Positions 59,183 to 64,000 of a DNA stretch of 64,000 nucleotides are shown piece by piece (positions within the stretch are counted from its first letter, which is position 1; each line of letters opens with the position of its first letter). A program made the position numbers and the translations under genes. The stretch is taken from positions 19,835 to 83,834 of the forward strand of contig JBAZJV010000001.1 in assembly GCA_041651095.1 (NCBI GenBank), given 5' to 3'. The notes under the pieces are model-generated. The model worked only from the letters and a program-made list of their open reading frames with translations. It was not told the DNA's origin and did no database searches. This DNA comes from Patescibacteria group bacterium. GTDB taxonomy: Bacteria; Patescibacteriota; Patescibacteriia; Patescibacteriales; UBA12465.

Positions 59183-59191
59183 ATTATATCA
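59183..59191 (-). promoter_or_regulatory. Extended -10 element TGaTATAAT upstream of the DsbA-like/por operon
   Basis: The minus strand reads TGATATAAT, 36 nt upstream of the ATG at 59147. Confidence 0.35.
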
Positions 59192-59197
59192 TAAGAT

Positions 59198-59962
59198 ATG
59201 AAAATAATCTCTTGGAACGTGAACGGCATCCGGGCGGCGATTCGTAAAGGTTTCGGCGAATTCCTGGTTACGGAACGGCCGGACATCCTTTGCTTGCAGG
59301 AAATCAAGATTTCCGCGGCCGCCCAGGCGGCTACGGAATTTGATTTTCGCGGTTATGACGAATATTGGAATTCCGCTCTCCGGCCCGGTTACAGCGGTAC
59401 GGCCATATTGGTCCGGACCGGCTTAACCGGCATCAAGTCCGTCACCAAAGGATTGGGAGTTGAGAAATTCGACCGGGAAGGCCGGGTCCAGGTTTTAGAA
59501 GCCGCCCGTTTTTATCTATTGAATGTTTATTTCCCTAACGCCAATCATGAATTATCCCGCCTAGGTTATAAGACGGAATTCAATGATGCTTTATTCAAAT
59601 TCGTCCGCAAACTGGAACGGCGCAAGCCGGTCATCGTGACCGGCGATTTCAATGTCGCTCATACCGAACTTGATTTGGCGCGGCCCAAGGAGAACGAAGG
59701 CAATGCCGGTTTTACGGTCGAGGAACGAGCGTGGATGACCAAATTCCTAGCCTCCGGATTTGTCGATACCTTCCGGGCCAAGCATGGCCGCCGGGTGCAA
59801 TATTCCTGGTGGAGCTTCCGGGCCGGCGCCCGGGCCAGGAATGTCGGCTGGCGCATTGACTATTTCTGCGTCTCGGCTAAACTGGAAAGATTGGTCAAGC
59901 AAGCTTTTATCCTGGACCAGGTCGGCGGGTCCGACCACGCCCCGGTCGGTCTGGAAATATAG
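59198..59962 (+). CDS. xth: Exodeoxyribonuclease III
   Basis: MKIISWNVNGIRA, LCLQEIK and SDHAPV motifs; 254 aa. Confidence 0.9.
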   Translation: MKIISWNVNGIRAAIRKGFGEFLVTERPDILCLQEIKISAAAQAATEFDFRGYDEYWNSALRPGYSGTAILVRTGLTGIKSVTKGLGVEKFDREGRVQVLEAARFYLLNVYFPNANHELSRLGYKTEFNDALFKFVRKLERRKPVIVTGDFNVAHTELDLARPKENEGNAGFTVEERAWMTKFLASGFVDTFRAKHGRRVQYSWWSFRAGARARNVGWRIDYFCVSAKLERLVKQAFILDQVGGSDHAPVGLEI

Positions 59963-60022
59963 CGTTTTCCAAGCCGGTCGCCTCCAGCAGGCGTCGCGAT
60001 AAATATTTAAGCCTTATCATAT

Positions 60023-62455
60023 ATGTATGATCATCGGAGCATAGAACGCAAATGGCAGGAGAATTGGCGTGCCGCTAATTTATACCGGACTGGCGCGGAT
60101 CCGGCTAAGCCCAAATATTACATCTTGGACATGTTTCCTTATCCTTCGGGCGCTGGTTTGCATGTCGGCCACCCAAAGGGCTATATCGCGACCGATATCG
60201 TCGCCCGGCTGCGCCTGATGCAGGGCTATAACGTCCTGCATCCGATGGGCTGGGATGCCTTCGGCCTGCCGGCCGAAAATTACGCGATCAAGAATAAGCT
60301 GCATCCGCGGGTCGCGACCGAAGCCAATATCGCGACCTTCAAGCGGCAGCTGGGGATATTAGGGTTGTCATACGATTGGGAACGGGAAATCAATACGACC
60401 GATCCGCGGTATTATAAATGGACGCAATGGATTTTTCTCCAGATGTGGAAGCGCGGTTTGGCCTTTGAGTCTTATGAGCCGATCAATTGGTGTCCGTCCT
60501 GCCAGACCGGCTTGGCCAACGAAGATCTGGAAGACGGCAAATGCGAACGCTGCGGCAGTGCCGTCGAGCAGCGGCCGATGCGCCAATGGGTCCTGAAGAT
60601 TACCGATTATGCCGACCGGCTCTTGACCGATTTGGAAAGATTGCCAGGCTGGGAAGAACCGATCAAGGAAATGCAGCGCAACTGGATCGGCCGCAGCGAA
60701 GGAGCGGAAATCGAGTTCAAGATCCAAGATACGGATCAGGCCGTTAAAGTCTTCACCACCCGGATAGACACTATCTTCGGCTGCACTTATGTCGTTTTGG
60801 CGCCGGAGCATCCGCTAGTGGCCGGTTTACAAGCGCGGATCAAGAACTGGCCGGCGGTTGAGTCCTATTTAGCCGCCGTCAAGAATAAGACGGATTTGCA
60901 GCGGACCGATCTGAATAAAGAGAAGACCGGCGTGGCGCTGGCGGGACTGGCCGCGATCAATCCCTTCAACGGCAAAGCCGTACCGATTTTCATTGCTGAT
61001 TATGTCCTTAATTCCTACGGTACCGGCGCCGTCATGGCCGTCCCGGCGCATGACGAGCGGGATTTTGAATTTGCCGAAAAATATGATTGCCCGATCCGCA
61101 AATCAGTGGCCGATCCGGCCGATCCGGACAATAAGGTTTTCGGCGGCTGTTATACGGCCGACGGCGTGCTGGTCAATTCCGGAGAGTTTTCCGGTTTGGC
61201 CTCGGCGGCGGCCCGGCGGAAGATGATCGCCTGGCTGGAACAGAGCCGGCTGGGCGTCAAGCGGGTTAATTATAAGATCAAGGATTGGGTCTATTCCCGC
61301 CAGCGGTATTGGGGCGAACCGATTCCGCTCATCCATTGCGCCAACTGCGGCGTCGTGCCGGTACCGGAAGACGAATTGCCGGTCGTCTTGCCGGAAGTAG
61401 AAAGCTATGAGCCGACCGGCACCGGCGAATCGCCGCTAGCCGCTATCGCCGACTGGGTCAACGTCAAATGCCCGGCTTGCGGCGGAGAGGCCAAGCGGGA
61501 AACCAACACCATGCCGCAATGGGGCGGGTCTTGCTGGTACTATTTGCGGTATATGGATCCGGATAATGAACGGGTCTTGGTTGATAAGCAGAAAGAAGCT
61601 TATTGGTCGCCGGTCGATTTTTACGTCGGTGGCGCCGAACATGCGACGCGGCACCTGATTTACGCCCGGTTCTGGCATAAGTTCTTATACGATATCGGCG
61701 CCGTGCATTATGACGAGCCGTTTACCAAACTGAAGCATGTCGGTCTGATCATGGGCGAAGACGGGCGCAAGATGAGCAAGCGTTGGGGCAACGTGATCAA
61801 TCCGGACGAGATGGTTGATAAGTTCGGCGCGGACGCGCTCCGGGTTTACGAAATGTTCATGGGTCCTTTCGAGCAGGCAGCTAACTGGAATACGAACGGT
61901 CTAGTCGGTACGCGTAAATTTTTAGAGAAAGCCGAGCAGTTGCTCGCCAAGCCGCTGCCGGTCCGGCCGGATAAACGGCTTTTATCCCTATTGCATAAGA
62001 CGATCAGGAAGGTCGGGTTGGATATTGATAATTTCCGCCTGAATACCGCCGTCTCCGCCCTGATGATTCTGGTCAATGAACTGACCGACTATAAACAAGC
62101 CGCTCAAGCCTGGCCCTTCGGTTCGGCTGAATTCGCGGTTTTCCTCCAACTGCTCGCACCTTTCGCGCCGCACCTGAGCGAAGAGCTTTGGGAACGGCTC
62201 GGCCGCCCGGACAGCATTTTCCAATCAGCCTGGCCGGCCTATGACCCCGCCCTGGTTAAAGATGAGAATATCAATCTGGTCATTTCTATCAATGGTAAAC
62301 TGCGGGCGACTTTAGTCGTGCCGGCTGATATCTCGGAAGCGGCGGCGGTCAAGCTAGCGCAGGATACTGCCGCCATTCAGAAATGGCTGGCCGGGAAACA
62401 AGTGATAAAGACTGTTTTTGTTCCCGGGAAATTGCTCAATCTGGTTATTAAATAA
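60023..62455 (+). CDS. leuS: Leucine--tRNA ligase
   Basis: PYPSGAGLHVGH (HIGH), KMSKRWGN (KMSKS) and a CP1 editing domain; 810 aa. Confidence 0.97.
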   Translation: MYDHRSIERKWQENWRAANLYRTGADPAKPKYYILDMFPYPSGAGLHVGHPKGYIATDIVARLRLMQGYNVLHPMGWDAFGLPAENYAIKNKLHPRVATEANIATFKRQLGILGLSYDWEREINTTDPRYYKWTQWIFLQMWKRGLAFESYEPINWCPSCQTGLANEDLEDGKCERCGSAVEQRPMRQWVLKITDYADRLLTDLERLPGWEEPIKEMQRNWIGRSEGAEIEFKIQDTDQAVKVFTTRIDTIFGCTYVVLAPEHPLVAGLQARIKNWPAVESYLAAVKNKTDLQRTDLNKEKTGVALAGLAAINPFNGKAVPIFIADYVLNSYGTGAVMAVPAHDERDFEFAEKYDCPIRKSVADPADPDNKVFGGCYTADGVLVNSGEFSGLASAAARRKMIAWLEQSRLGVKRVNYKIKDWVYSRQRYWGEPIPLIHCANCGVVPVPEDELPVVLPEVESYEPTGTGESPLAAIADWVNVKCPACGGEAKRETNTMPQWGGSCWYYLRYMDPDNERVLVDKQKEAYWSPVDFYVGGAEHATRHLIYARFWHKFLYDIGAVHYDEPFTKLKHVGLIMGEDGRKMSKRWGNVINPDEMVDKFGADALRVYEMFMGPFEQAANWNTNGLVGTRKFLEKAEQLLAKPLPVRPDKRLLSLLHKTIRKVGLDIDNFRLNTAVSALMILVNELTDYKQAAQAWPFGSAEFAVFLQLLAPFAPHLSEELWERLGRPDSIFQSAWPAYDPALVKDENINLVISINGKLRATLVVPADISEAAAVKLAQDTAAIQKWLAGKQVIKTVFVPGKLLNLVIK

Positions 62456-62465
62456 GCTGGGCTTC

Positions 62466-63338
62466 ATGGCTGATTTATTAGCTAAAACTAGAGAAATATG
62501 TCGGATGTTTGAAATCCGTCCCGCTCGTTCGAAAGGGCAGAATTTTTTGATTAATGAGCGGATTTATGAGGATATTATTCGAGCGGCCGAATTGCAGCCT
62601 GATGATATCGTCTTGGAGGTCGGTCCGGGCTTAGGTTTCCTGACCGCCCGTCTCGCGCCGCTCGTGAATAAGGTTATCGCCGTAGAATTGGATGATCGCT
62701 TAGCCGGCTATTTACAAACCGGCATCGCGGCGCAAGGCGTCACTAACGTCGAGATCATTAATGCCGATATCCTGCATTTCGATATTGCTCGCCACTTGCC
62801 GGCCGGCCGGCGCCGCTACCAGATAGTGGCTAATTTGCCTTATAATATTACTTCTTTTTTCTTGCGCCGATTTCTGGGAGGCGAACCGCGACCGGACCGG
62901 CTGGTCTTGATGTTGCAGCAGGAGGTAGCGCAACGCCTGGTCGCCCGGCCGCCGGACATGAGCCTACTGGCCGTTTCCGTGCAATATTATGCCCGGCCGG
63001 AAATTATCCGGACAGTCAAGGCCGGAAATTTTTGGCCGGAACCGGCGGTTGACAGCGCGATCGTCAGGATCGACCGGCCATCGGCCGCTACTGATCCGGC
63101 CGGTGCGGCTCCGGAGAGCCGGGAGACGGACCGGCAGTTTTTCCGTTTAGTCAGAATCGGTTTCAGCGCCAAGCGTAAAATGCTGAAAAACAATCTGGCG
63201 GCCGGCCTGCATTTAGCCCCGTCGATTATCGCTGCCGAGCTACAAAAGGAGGGATTTGATCCGAAAGTCCGGGCGGAAGATTTATCCGTCCAAGATTGGC
63301 GAAAATTATTTGCGGCTTTACGGTCGTTTATGGTATAA
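62466..63338 (+). CDS. rsmA: 16S rRNA (adenine1518/1519-N6)-dimethyltransferase
   Basis: KGQNFL, VLEVGPGLGFLT and NLPYNIT motifs. The start was reset to MADLLAK (ATG at 62466). Confidence 0.9.
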   Translation: MADLLAKTREICRMFEIRPARSKGQNFLINERIYEDIIRAAELQPDDIVLEVGPGLGFLTARLAPLVNKVIAVELDDRLAGYLQTGIAAQGVTNVEIINADILHFDIARHLPAGRRRYQIVANLPYNITSFFLRRFLGGEPRPDRLVLMLQQEVAQRLVARPPDMSLLAVSVQYYARPEIIRTVKAGNFWPEPAVDSAIVRIDRPSAATDPAGAAPESRETDRQFFRLVRIGFSAKRKMLKNNLAAGLHLAPSIIAAELQKEGFDPKVRAEDLSVQDWRKLFAALRSFMV

Positions 63339-63369
63339 TAAAATCAATTAAAACTATTATTTTTTAGCC

Positions 63370-63981
63370 ATGCGTGATTCCAGCGCTGATCCGGGCCGCC
63401 TGCCGCGTGCCCAGAAAATAGTCGTCATTATCCTGGCCGTTTTAGCCGTGGCGATCATCGTTTTTTGGGTTTGGCAGATCCGGATGCAAGTCAACCAGCC
63501 TTTTGCCGAGCGGACACCCGACACCAAGGGCAGCATCGCCAGCTCAACTGATCTGGCTGCCGTCCTGAAGGGCCGGGACACGGATAGCGACGGCTTATCC
63601 GATTACGACGAAATTTATACCTACCGAACCTCGCCTTATCTGGAAGATACGGACAGCGACGGTTTATCCGATCAGCAGGAAGTAGACCAGGGGACCGATC
63701 CGAATTGCCCGCAGGGACAGGATTGCAGCGTGAGCGCGCCGGTAGAGCCGAGCAGCCCGACAGTCGCGACGACTACTATGCCGGCCGCCGATCTGAACGC
63801 GGCCGGCGCCGATGCGGCCGCCTTGCAAAATGCTTTAAGCGGTCAGGTGGATGCGGCCGCCTTGCGAGCGCTCTTGATTTCCGCCGGGGCTGATCCGACC
63901 GATTTAGAGAAGATCAGCGATGCCGATCTGATGGCCAGCTATCAGGCTACTTTAAATAAGCAGAATCAAAATCAACAATAA
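63370..63981 (+). CDS. Membrane-anchored protein with thrombospondin type-3-like calcium-binding repeats
   Basis: One TM segment (IVVIILAVLAVAIIVFWVW) and two DTDSDGLSD(Y/Q) repeats; 203 aa. Confidence 0.5.
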   Translation: MRDSSADPGRLPRAQKIVVIILAVLAVAIIVFWVWQIRMQVNQPFAERTPDTKGSIASSTDLAAVLKGRDTDSDGLSDYDEIYTYRTSPYLEDTDSDGLSDQQEVDQGTDPNCPQGQDCSVSAPVEPSSPTVATTTMPAADLNAAGADAAALQNALSGQVDAAALRALLISAGADPTDLEKISDADLMASYQATLNKQNQNQQ

Positions 63982-64000
63982 AATGTCTTCTTTCTTAGGG

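Overview
This is a gene-dense 64-kb chromosomal window with about 60 credible protein genes and 5 tRNA genes. I saw no rRNA, CRISPR array, transposase or integrase. The gene content fits a small-genome, fermentative CPR/Patescibacteria-type bacterium, but that placement is inference only. Supporting content: a near-complete peptidoglycan set (murD, murI, MurE-like, murF, ddl, murJ, LysM-M23 hydrolase), rpoB/rpoC, polA, holA, ftsK, recJ, ruvC, lepA and leuS. It also has a four-subunit 2-oxoacid:ferredoxin oxidoreductase plus an ADP-forming acetyl-CoA synthetase, GlgA+GH57 glycogen genes and pilin-like surface proteins. Many genes overlap by 1-4 nt (ATGA type) and the standard code with TGA stops applies. 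Main second-look items: (1) tRNA-Phe(GAA) is split by a 242-nt group I (IC3-type) intron, and an AT-rich free-standing LAGLIDADG-like ORF sits next to it inside a tRNA cluster. (2) A seven-gene minus-strand operon (53027-59147) starts with a DsbA-like CxxS protein. In it, two paralogous cysteine-rich, 2-TM pilin-like surface-protein genes are translationally wedged between and after the porA and porB oxidoreductase subunits; one carries a LAS/M15-like peptidase domain. (3) An AT-rich two-gene module encodes a MerR-HTH::GHKL-ATPase fusion plus a STAS-like (DUF4325-type) partner, with a consensus promoter and a TATACAAAT repeat/palindrome operator. (4) A ~0.6-kb ORF-free unit with its own promoter and terminator carries long perfect helices and is a candidate unknown structured RNA. 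(5) MurF and the MurE-like ligase both have remodelled N-termini. RNA and regulatory coordinates were derived by hand from the printed sequence and may be off by 1-2 nt. All homology calls rest on motif recognition, not database searches.
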